Source: Spirochaetia bacterium (lineage in GTDB: Bacteria > Spirochaetota > Spirochaetia > DSM-2461). Taken from it: a stretch of 64,000 nucleotides of DNA. Location of the stretch: assembly GCA_963668315.1 (NCBI GenBank), contig OY764216.1:512001-576000 (forward strand). Direction: 5' to 3'. Numbering within the stretch: the first letter of the stretch is position 1; every line of letters begins with the position of its first letter. The notes under the pieces were generated by a model that was not told where the DNA came from, made no database searches, and saw nothing but the letters and a program-made list of their open reading frames with translations. Of this stretch, positions 49,897 through 58,265 are shown piece by piece. A program made the position numbers and the translations under genes.

Positions 49897-49954
49897 GAAA
49901 AACTCCTGATCAGCACAGACAAAACAGCCTATGGGTATATTAGCTAATTATACC

Positions 49955-51649
49955 CTAACTTTCCCGGGAAACAAGTACCGGATTGGCTATTGCCATGTGG
50001 GTATGATCCGACCAGAGGCGGCAGACAAGGGCATCTTCCTGTTCCAGAAGCGCCCCGTTAACCGAAAGGGATACCCTGTGTATGATTCCCGGTTTCAGTC
50101 CCGTCAGATCCTTTTTGGCCAGAACTCCCTTTTTACCGAAAATTTCCAGAGAGATAAAGGGCTTCTGCCCCATAATCGTGCAATCCATGATTATTTCTCC
50201 CGAAAAGGCGCCCAGCTTCACCGTTTCGCCGCAGCTTTTCCCCTCCAGACAGGGAATCAGGACCGGGCCGTTGGTCAGAAAACTTCTTCCCCCGCGCAGG
50301 GCATCGAGGATTTCCCCGCGGTCCTTCGCCCGGCCGGATTCCAGATGAACATAGGTCCGGACGCAGGCCGTCCCCAGGGTTTCCTCGGCCCACAGCTCCA
50401 GGGCATCGACGGATGTGTCGATCATGCTCAGAAAGCGGTCGATCTCCCCGTTCTTCTCCTCAAGGAGGCTCAGATGATGCCTGATCCAGAGAAGCTCGTT
50501 CATCAATCCGTGATAATCGTCCACCCGGGTATTATGGGTATCGCTCCCGGTAGTGGCGGGAATATACTTGCCCTTCCCTATCAGTTCGAGCCAGAAGCGG
50601 AAAGACTTGTAGTTCGTCGTCCCCGGCATCATGGGAACCGAACCGTTCCATATCTCCATGGTTTCGAAGATTTCGGTGTGTCCCTTCATATGTTCCGAAA
50701 GGGAGATGGCCGGCTGAATATCCATCGGGTGGTTCACCTGAGCCAGCCCCCCCGCCTCTTTGATCTCGTCGGTTATGCGGATAAACTCCTCATACTGATT
50801 TTCCTCGGTCCGCTCCGCCGGGGGCAGGACACGGTAGATAACGTCGGAGGGAACATTCAGCGCCATGACATGGCCGTTCGCCGTGGAGATCTCCTTGGAG
50901 ACAAGGGGCAGGAAATCCTCCGTTTCCGTGGCGAGCCAGTCCCGGTGATTGAGAATATTATGGTGGTCGCTCAGGGCTCCGAAGGAAAGACCCATGGCGG
51001 TCATCGATGTCCTGACCTCCTCGGGGCTCTCCCTCACATCGTCCGTGCCTCCGTGGACGGGACTGGAATAGATGCTGTGGTGATGAAGATCTCCGGCGAA
51101 CCAGCCCTCTTTCCCCAGATTGATGATCCTCTCCAGAGTCAGCATTCCCAGGTTGATGCCGGACCCCTTCCCCGGCGCCGCAACCCGGCGGATCATTTTA
51201 TACTCCGTTCCCCGGGAGACCTCCATCATATAGGCCGTGACCTCTTCGGCCTCCACCTTCCCTTCCCCATAGCCGGTCAGTACATACCGGGGCAACAGCA
51301 CGGTAAGGTGTCCTACCCGGTCGGTATGCTTGACAATCATATCGATGCGACCGTTGACCTTGGTAAAATCCTCTTCCGGCCGGCTGGCGGTCAGGGGATA
51401 AAATTTGACCAGAGAACTCATTCCCCTGCCCGTTTCATCAACCGCCGTCAGACTCACTTTCACATCCCCTTCGGGCAGCTCGGGGGTATTCTCCTCCAGG
51501 GAGGGAATGGCATCCTGGAATTCCAGGATTTTCCTGTAGAGCCGGTCCACCTCATCCATAACACGCTGCTTTTCATATTCATGGGGGGTTCCGTAGCGGA
51601 ATTCGTCGCTGATCATCATCAGGAGGGAAAGGAGTTTCTTTATTTTCAT
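49955..51649 (-). CDS. PHP-fold metallohydrolase (CehA/McbA family)
   Basis: GWFAGDLHHHS, LSDHH, E.S...GH, NHP, EIWNG, GSDTH, ALR.GRSF.TNGP, ANP. Confidence 0.85.
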   Translation of the reverse strand: MKIKKLLSLLMMISDEFRYGTPHEYEKQRVMDEVDRLYRKILEFQDAIPSLEENTPELPEGDVKVSLTAVDETGRGMSSLVKFYPLTASRPEEDFTKVNGRIDMIVKHTDRVGHLTVLLPRYVLTGYGEGKVEAEEVTAYMMEVSRGTEYKMIRRVAAPGKGSGINLGMLTLERIINLGKEGWFAGDLHHHSIYSSPVHGGTDDVRESPEEVRTSMTAMGLSFGALSDHHNILNHRDWLATETEDFLPLVSKEISTANGHVMALNVPSDVIYRVLPPAERTEENQYEEFIRITDEIKEAGGLAQVNHPMDIQPAISLSEHMKGHTEIFETMEIWNGSVPMMPGTTNYKSFRFWLELIGKGKYIPATTGSDTHNTRVDDYHGLMNELLWIRHHLSLLEEKNGEIDRFLSMIDTSVDALELWAEETLGTACVRTYVHLESGRAKDRGEILDALRGGRSFLTNGPVLIPCLEGKSCGETVKLGAFSGEIIMDCTIMGQKPFISLEIFGKKGVLAKKDLTGLKPGIIHRVSLSVNGALLEQEDALVCRLWSDHTHMAIANPVLVSRES

Positions 51650-51725
51650 GGGATTAATAGTAAGGCAATATTATTCACCGGTCTTTGCCGCTATTGGGGG
51701 ATTTATGGTAGATATTGCTTTGATG

Positions 51726-52562
51726 TTATAGATTCTTTTCTTCTTTCAGCTGCTTAAGATCGTCAAGAAATTCATCGGCCATCTTCTTGGTATAAATTTT
51801 ATAGATAAAACCCTGATTCTGAAATTCGATCAGCTTCCTGAAATCGCTCTCCCGGTCCTTCCAGGTGATCCCGTCGGTGAAAAGCAGAAAGGTGGAATCG
51901 TGCCGCTTCTCCTGAATGATCCGGTTGATATCGCCTATGACGTCGGTCTGCTTGCTGCCCGTCGCCCCGTATCCCTTGACTTCGATGATAATCTCCGGAT
52001 TCTCCCGGGAGGGAATGGCAAAATCGGCCTTCTCCGTGGAACTTCCGTTCATACCGATGAAACTGCATCTGGGATCGTAGCAGTCAAAGACCTGCCCGAC
52101 TACGGCTTCCACGAAATCTTCCAGATCCCTTCCCCGGCGCTGCCCCTTGATGGCGCTTCCCCGCCCGATCTTCAGCCGCTCGATGAGAATATCTTCCCAG
52201 GTATACCGCCGTTCCACCGTCTCGGTGATTTTCTCTTCGATGAAGAGCTTTCCCAGAGTCTCCACATAGTGCTGTTTGTCCTTCAGGAAGCCCTTTTTCT
52301 GGGCCAGTCCCCGGGGAAACAGCTCGTTCAGCAGAGACCGGTACTCATCCTTGGATTTCTCCAGAAACAGCTGAAAGATGATGGAGGCGACCTCAAAGTC
52401 ATCCTCCAGAAGCTGCCCGATGACCCGGTTATTTATCTCGGAAAAACCGTTGATGGCCGATAGGGTGCTTATCACCTTAAGAGCCGTTTCATCCTTCCAG
52501 TCGCTCTCCAGATTGGATAAACTCCCCATAAGGAAGTCTTTGTCCTGAATAACTTTCTTCAT
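51726..52562 (-). CDS. Type II restriction endonuclease, DpnII-like PD-(D/E)xK family
   Basis: KADFAIP...IEVKGYGATGSK...FTDG.TW; 31 bp downstream of a DNA methylase gene. Confidence 0.8.
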   Translation of the reverse strand: MKKVIQDKDFLMGSLSNLESDWKDETALKVISTLSAINGFSEINNRVIGQLLEDDFEVASIIFQLFLEKSKDEYRSLLNELFPRGLAQKKGFLKDKQHYVETLGKLFIEEKITETVERRYTWEDILIERLKIGRGSAIKGQRRGRDLEDFVEAVVGQVFDCYDPRCSFIGMNGSSTEKADFAIPSRENPEIIIEVKGYGATGSKQTDVIGDINRIIQEKRHDSTFLLFTDGITWKDRESDFRKLIEFQNQGFIYKIYTKKMADEFLDDLKQLKEEKNL

Positions 52563-52593
52563 TGTCCATCCTTGAAACCGGGGGTATTGATAA

Positions 52594-53658
52594 TCACTGA
52601 CCGATGATCAGATACTCCTCCACACGGGAGCGCTTCACCGATTTATGGTTACCGAAATGATATTTATGGGCCTTCTTCCTGACCCGGACATGGCCTTTAT
52701 ACTTCCCCATCAGCTCCTCAAGCGTATCCAGGTCGGGAAACCCGTTGGACGAATAGGAAAGGACGATAATGCTCTCCTGAAACTTCTCAAAGAGATGGTC
52801 AAAAGCCTCGACAGCCGTTCTCCTATAGGAAAAGGGGGTGTATTTTTTCTCGATCTTATGCACCTTCGTATCGTACTTGATGGTCTCGTTCTCCCAGTAT
52901 TTTGAAAGGCCCTCCACAAAGTGATACCTCTTCACATAGCAGTTGTCATCGGATCGGGGCACATAGGGAGGATCCAGATAAACCAGATCGACGGGGTAGC
53001 GGGCCGTGTCAAAGGAGAAAACATCCCCCCGGAAAGCCCTGTTCTCCCGTCCCGAATCAAAGACGATAGCGTTGAAAACCTGAACCTGCTCCGAAAAATG
53101 CTCCTCCATGGAAAGGCGCAGATCCCTCCGGCCGTCATTATACCTTTCCAGATCGCCGGAAATGGTAAAAACGCCCCGGGGCTGCTTTTTCAGGCAGGAG
53201 CGAATCAGGGCCGACATGGCCAGGGCCCGCTTGTAGGGCTCTTCCATTCTGCCGATATTGAAGGAGACATTATCAAGGAACCGACGGTCCTCCGCCGTAT
53301 AGAAAATCCCGTCGAAGGTCTTCTGAATGAAATCGGGGAAAGCACCGTTCTCCCTGAGGAGCTCCGCCAGATCGGCCTCATCGAGCCTCACATTCTGATT
53401 CTCCACCGAAGCCCGGGCCAGAGTAGTGGAAAAGTTCAGGAAATCGTTGGAATAGACCGACTTCCCCCTGGTCTTCAGCAGATACGAAACCGCACCGGAC
53501 CCGGAAAAACCGTCCAGAGCCGTGGAAAAATCCAGTTTATCCAGCTCCTCCCCTATCCAGTCCAGCAGCTTGTATTTGCTGCCCATGTAACGTAACAGAG
53601 GATAATCATGGGGATTTTTCGGCTCCTTATCGGGGAGAATTCCGGCGCTGCACATCAT
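52594..53658 (-). CDS. N6-adenine DNA methyltransferase (D12 class, alpha group)
   Basis: RYMGSK, DGFSGSG (motif I), YLDPPY (motif IV), LSYS, EYLI; start may be ATG 53655. Confidence 0.93.
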   Translation of the reverse strand: MMCSAGILPDKEPKNPHDYPLLRYMGSKYKLLDWIGEELDKLDFSTALDGFSGSGAVSYLLKTRGKSVYSNDFLNFSTTLARASVENQNVRLDEADLAELLRENGAFPDFIQKTFDGIFYTAEDRRFLDNVSFNIGRMEEPYKRALAMSALIRSCLKKQPRGVFTISGDLERYNDGRRDLRLSMEEHFSEQVQVFNAIVFDSGRENRAFRGDVFSFDTARYPVDLVYLDPPYVPRSDDNCYVKRYHFVEGLSKYWENETIKYDTKVHKIEKKYTPFSYRRTAVEAFDHLFEKFQESIIVLSYSSNGFPDLDTLEELMGKYKGHVRVRKKAHKYHFGNHKSVKRSRVEEYLIIGQ

Positions 53659-53700
53659 GCCATCATAGCATATTCGGGCGATTCTGATAATACGGGCGAA

Positions 53701-53826
53701 AACCGGCAGACGCCGGTTCCAGGCTGCTCCGGGCTCCGCTCCCGCTCCGGCCTCCTCGCCCGCGTGCGGCCTGCGGGGTCAGCCTGCGGCTCCCTGCGCA
53801 TCCCTTTCGCTATACCCTTGCGAAAC
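53701..53826. repeat. GC-rich palindromic element, possibly REP/MITE-like
   Basis: Hairpins aaccggc-agac-gccggtt and ttcgc-N9-gcgaa bracket a GC-rich core with gctcc reiterations; only one copy in the window. Confidence 0.35.
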
Positions 53827-54573
53827 GTGATGAACAACCCACACATTGGGCTCGAGATAGCGCCCTGTTCCCATATCCCGATCGACTTCGAGAGGAACCA
53901 GCCCTCCGTCTATCACATACTTACCGGACAGGGGAAAGCCTTGCCCCATCCATTTCTCCCACTCCTCGATAGCCCCCGAAATACTCATGGCCTTCGGGCA
54001 GGCATGGAGAAGCGCCCCCCCCAGTTTTTCATGCACCCGAACCCAGGGATCCATGGAAAAACCTTCATCATTCCTCCAATTCAGATACTCGTCAAAAGAA
54101 ATAAGCGGATATTTGAACTTCATACTGGGCCGCACGGGAATTATCAGTTGGGAAAATCCCCTCTGCCCTGCAAAGGAAGCCATTTCAGAAACGGCGGCAT
54201 AACTCAATCCCATCCCCTGATAATCGGGGTTTATGACGATCTGGATTCCCGCCAGAAGAGTTGGCTCGCGATGGCTTTCGAAATCTTCAACGGACTTCCG
54301 AACGACCCAATCCCAACCTTCGTCGGGCAAGGAGGATAGCTTTTTATCGTAACGCAGGGGAACGGTAGTGATGATGGAGAGAATCTCATCACCATCGATC
54401 AGCAGCAGCTGGAATTCTTCGAAGCTCTCGACCAAAGACGTCCAGAACTCTGCGGAGACATCATCATGGCGGATAAATTCCGGCCAGGCATCGGCCGTAA
54501 GCAAACGCTGCTTTTCATAAAGATCTCTGCGCTCTTTCAATGATACGACCTGATATTGATTCTTCATTTCCAT
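53779..54573 (-). CDS. GNAT-like acetyltransferase
   Basis: INPDYQGMGLS acetyl-CoA motif; PVRP..K..YP, DPW.RVH...G, Y.EPNVW. Confidence 0.8.
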   Translation of the reverse strand: MEMKNQYQVVSLKERRDLYEKQRLLTADAWPEFIRHDDVSAEFWTSLVESFEEFQLLLIDGDEILSIITTVPLRYDKKLSSLPDEGWDWVVRKSVEDFESHREPTLLAGIQIVINPDYQGMGLSYAAVSEMASFAGQRGFSQLIIPVRPSMKFKYPLISFDEYLNWRNDEGFSMDPWVRVHEKLGGALLHACPKAMSISGAIEEWEKWMGQGFPLSGKYVIDGGLVPLEVDRDMGTGRYLEPNVWVVHHVSQGYSERDAQGAAG

Positions 54574-54592
54574 TCCTCAAGTAAAATTGATT

Positions 54593-55192
54593 TTACAACG
54601 ATTTCCCTACGACCTGGGTAAAAACAACTTTCTCATAATCACCCAACTTCATAATCCCGTGAAGCTTATCCCTGTCAACAAGGCTTAACAGGGCGGTATT
54701 CCAATCCTCTGCGGCGGCGTAGAGATAGACATTCTGGCTGATAAACCCCGTATCCGCCGTAGAGGTAAACCATTTTTTCTCCTCGTCATTACCGAAAACA
54801 AATCTTTTGAATTTCGAGAAATCGGAGACATAAATCAATCCTAAGGGAGCGGTCTTCATCATTTTCTGCGTACCGAGATTCCCGCGAATATCCAAAGGTA
54901 AAATCTCCTCCAGCCGATGTTTTTCTTCATCATAAAGAAATAAGCCTTTTGATAGGGCGATATAAACTTTGATCTCCTGGGTATTGCAGGCGGAGGGAGC
55001 CGTCCGCCTGCTCTTGCTCCTTTTCGTCTCCTTCCGGGTAATGCCGCAGGCGGCCCATAGGAGATTTGAAATTTCCTGATCCGTAAATTCAGCCTGAACC
55101 CACTTCCGTCTTGTCCGCCTTTTAGCCAAAGCGCTCATCAAGGGAAAATCCAACTCCCTCTGAGGCGGCGGCAGCTGATAAATTGCTCTCAT
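54593..55192 (-). CDS. Nitroreductase family (SagB/ThcOx-like) flavoprotein
   Basis: AL..RRT.R, LLWAA.G, RTAPSA.N.Q, DTG.I.QNVYL. Confidence 0.9.
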   Translation of the reverse strand: MRAIYQLPPPQRELDFPLMSALAKRRTRRKWVQAEFTDQEISNLLWAACGITRKETKRSKSRRTAPSACNTQEIKVYIALSKGLFLYDEEKHRLEEILPLDIRGNLGTQKMMKTAPLGLIYVSDFSKFKRFVFGNDEEKKWFTSTADTGFISQNVYLYAAAEDWNTALLSLVDRDKLHGIMKLGDYEKVVFTQVVGKSL

Positions 55193-55381
55193 AATTATTT
55201 CCTGCTATCCCTCGGTTGAGAAAATGGTAAACGAAATATTTTTAATTGTAAAATTAATTTTTAAAATCGCCTTCTATTCAGCGCAGGCGGATAGGCACCT
55301 CATCGGGAGCAATAGGTTCGGAAACCTTGGGGTTTAGGAAAATGCCCGGTCGGAGCTATATCTATCTCCTCCCTACGCAGC

Positions 55382-56290
55382 TTAGGTGGAAGAGTTCCAG
55401 ATAACCGAAGGATCCATCTTTCCCAGGTCGGCGGTACAGGTCCGGGCCATGACGCCGGCCAGCTGCTCCGTTACGTCGCGGACAAATTCACTTACCCCGG
55501 CGGCGCCCTTCTCCTGCAGCGCAGGCATCAGGGCCCTTCCGATGGACACGGCCGAAGCTCCCAGGGCCAGAGCCTTGAAAACATCCATCCCGCTCTCCAC
55601 GCCGCAGTCGAGGAAAATCGGGATCTCCCCGCCTATCACACGCGCTATTTTCGGCAGGATCATGAGAGGGGGAACGGCGTAATCCATGATGCCGTGGTGA
55701 TGGGATAGGACAACTCCCTGCACGCCCGCTTCCAGGCACTTCTCCGCATCCCGCTCGCTGAGCACGCCTTTGACAACAAAGGGCAGAGACGTCGACCGGA
55801 CAAAAGTTTTCAGCTCGCCCAGAGATTTGCCGGTCATTTTCTGACCGAGCACCACATCGTAAGTTCCCTTGCCCGAAAAGGAGTGGTCCAGGTCCATTCC
55901 CACGGCCAGGCACCCGCACTTTTCGGCATGCTCAATCCTCTGGATGACATAAGCGTTATTCTCATAGGGCTTGACGATTTTTATCGTCTCGGCTCCGGTG
56001 GAAGTAATCTCCTCCAGTTCCTTCTCATCCCCCATGCCGCACCAGTTGACCGCATGGGCCTCCGCAGCGCCTCGGGCCATCTCGACCATGCCGCTCTTTC
56101 CCTCATACTTCAGATGGGAAAGGGCGGACATCATGACGGGGGTGTCAAACGTCTTTCCGTAAAGAGTCAGCTTCGTAGAGGGCAGGACCGAATCGATATG
56201 GCGCATTTCCACCAGCAAAGAATCAAAATACTCCCTGGTAATCCGGTTGGAATCGCCCGGTCTTTTCTGTTTGATCTCGTTTTCGGCCAT
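55382..56290 (-). CDS. FMN-dependent alpha-hydroxy-acid dehydrogenase family protein
   Basis: TPVM.SA, PFVVKGVLS..DA, LSHHHG (variant of SNHGG), D.GV.SG.D.FKALALGA..V.IGR. Confidence 0.88.
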   Translation of the reverse strand: MAENEIKQKRPGDSNRITREYFDSLLVEMRHIDSVLPSTKLTLYGKTFDTPVMMSALSHLKYEGKSGMVEMARGAAEAHAVNWCGMGDEKELEEITSTGAETIKIVKPYENNAYVIQRIEHAEKCGCLAVGMDLDHSFSGKGTYDVVLGQKMTGKSLGELKTFVRSTSLPFVVKGVLSERDAEKCLEAGVQGVVLSHHHGIMDYAVPPLMILPKIARVIGGEIPIFLDCGVESGMDVFKALALGASAVSIGRALMPALQEKGAAGVSEFVRDVTEQLAGVMARTCTADLGKMDPSVIWNSST

Positions 56291-56373
56291 TACATAACTC
56301 CCCTATAGTGTGATTTGCTTTGGATGCTTTTTATCCTATACCCTATAGGGGACAAAGAAAAGGGGATTCTTCC

Positions 56374-58131
56374 CTATTCCACGCCAACCCATAAATTGGA
56401 ATTGCCGAAATAGTCGTCCAGGCCCTTACTGAACCAGCGCCCGCTCAGGGTGGTTTTGATCAGTTCCGCCTTAACCTCTTCGGACACGGATTTGTCCTTC
56501 TCCATATCTTCCAGAATTTTCCCGTAGCTGTCCCTCTCCCGGGACATGGTGATGACAGCCTTTTCCCTGGTGGCATCCAGCTTTAACTGGGAGGGGCCGC
56601 TGTCCGCGGAGTTCCAGGATTCCCAGGTAACGAGATCCTCCCCGTTGGGATCCCCCTCCCAGAGGAAATGGCCTATGTAGGCGGTAAACTTATCGGCCAG
56701 TTCCCGGGCGCCCGGGCTCTCGAATGAGGCGGGGAACAGGGAGGAAAAGCCGGAAGGTTCATGGGCCAGGAAGGGGATCCAGATGCCGTGGAAGGAGCCG
56801 AAAAGCCCGGCCATGCCCTCGCCGACCACTTCCGGATCGTTTCCGAAATCGAAATCCACCGTATAGATGGGAGCATCGTAGGAGTCGAACATTTTCTCCG
56901 CCGATTCCTGGGCATTGAAAAGCTCGTAGAGCCGTCCTCCGTACTCTTTGACAAAACGATAGTTCTTCGCTTCCTCCGTATCTCCCAGAAGGACTTCATC
57001 GGGATACATGACAAAGGGGCTGTCCCACCGGGAGAACAGGGTAAACTCCTGTGAACCGGTTACCATGATAAGGGGGACGTCGTTGTATTTCTTCGTGGCG
57101 AATCCCTCTTCGGGAAGAACGTATCCGTCGTTGTAAAGATGGGGGAACACGGCCATGCGGATCCCGGCGTTGGCCATCAGAGGAGCCAGACGATCGGCGG
57201 GCAGGCCATAGAGGTAATCCTTAACGTCTTCTTCAGGAGACATAACCCATACAGCCGCTTCCTCCTCGGTCGCCTTAATCCCGTCTTCCACCACCAGGGG
57301 AGCGATCGCGCCGGCAATAAGACCGGTGCTGAGGGCCGAATCGGCCAGGGTCATTCCGCCACTGAAGGAGAGGGCCTTGTGGAATTTCCCCTTGACGACG
57401 GGTGAAATAAGCAGAGCCATGACATCACGTCCGCCGGCGGAGAAACCGGAAATGGTCACGTTGCCGGGATCCCCCCCGAAAAAGCCGATATTCGCCTGCA
57501 CCCAATCCAGGGCTTTGGCAATATCCAGAACAGTATAGTTTCCCGAATCTTCCCCCCTGTCCCCGGTTCTCAGGGCGGGGAGGTTATTGAAGCCCAATAG
57601 GCCCAGCCTGTAATTAGCCGAGACAACGACGGAATCGGTAAGGATCGACAGATAGCGGGCATTCAATTCTCCGCTGGCTCCGGTCTGATTATTACCTCCG
57701 TGGATATAGAAAAGAACGGGCAGACTCTGCTCATCACTGTTCGGGCGGTAAATATCCAGATTCAGGCAGTCTTCCGATCCGATGATTTCTCCCCCCCGGG
57801 CGGCTTGAATACCCATATTCCCGCTCCGGGTGGCATCGAGAATTCCCTCCCAGGATTCCGGATCAACCGGCGCTTTCCACCGCAGTTCCCCTTCGGGAGC
57901 TTTCCCGTAGGGGATGCCTTTGAATATCAACGCATTGGATTCCCCATCCACCGCCCCCTGGACTTTTCCGAATTCCGTATCCTGAACGGTGCCGTTCACA
58001 TAAACGGGAAGCTGCGCCAAGCCCGTTCCGCCGCTTGTACAGGCAGAGAAAAGAGCGCCGGCGATTACAAGAAATAGTAATGCGGCTCTTTTTTCACCTA
58101 CTCTTGCTGCTTTTACGTATACCACGATCAT
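56374..58131 (-). CDS. Carboxylesterase type B family lipoprotein
   Basis: Lipobox FSAC; FKGIPY, SEDCLNL, IHGG, GGDP.NVT..GFSAG; ATG after AGGAGG. Confidence 0.92.
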   Translation of the reverse strand: MIVVYVKAARVGEKRAALLFLVIAGALFSACTSGGTGLAQLPVYVNGTVQDTEFGKVQGAVDGESNALIFKGIPYGKAPEGELRWKAPVDPESWEGILDATRSGNMGIQAARGGEIIGSEDCLNLDIYRPNSDEQSLPVLFYIHGGNNQTGASGELNARYLSILTDSVVVSANYRLGLLGFNNLPALRTGDRGEDSGNYTVLDIAKALDWVQANIGFFGGDPGNVTISGFSAGGRDVMALLISPVVKGKFHKALSFSGGMTLADSALSTGLIAGAIAPLVVEDGIKATEEEAAVWVMSPEEDVKDYLYGLPADRLAPLMANAGIRMAVFPHLYNDGYVLPEEGFATKKYNDVPLIMVTGSQEFTLFSRWDSPFVMYPDEVLLGDTEEAKNYRFVKEYGGRLYELFNAQESAEKMFDSYDAPIYTVDFDFGNDPEVVGEGMAGLFGSFHGIWIPFLAHEPSGFSSLFPASFESPGARELADKFTAYIGHFLWEGDPNGEDLVTWESWNSADSGPSQLKLDATREKAVITMSRERDSYGKILEDMEKDKSVSEEVKAELIKTTLSGRWFSKGLDDYFGNSNLWVGVE

Positions 58132-58265
58132 TCCTCCTGATAAGAATCTCTGTTATATCCAGTTTATGTATTTTTCCGCTGAAAAGCAAAGTTCCATAGA
58201 AATAATCCGCTGTCATCTATTCGGAGAGTGGTGCCTATCGCCGGGGATTGAGCCGCATCGGTTTC

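Noticed and set aside
49931..51757. 608-aa plus-strand ORF
   Set aside because: Lies antisense to the motif-rich PHP hydrolase gene and has no recognisable motifs; a shadow ORF typical of GC-rich codon usage.
53779..55192. GNAT and nitroreductase genes as integron cassettes
   Set aside because: The spacer between them is only 19 bp, with no attC-like RYYYAAC...GTTRRRY structure and no integrase.
55278..55381. Structured-looking spacer as SRP, 6S or another ncRNA
   Set aside because: Only a short hairpin is evident; no SRP GGAA/AGCAG motif, and too short for 6S.
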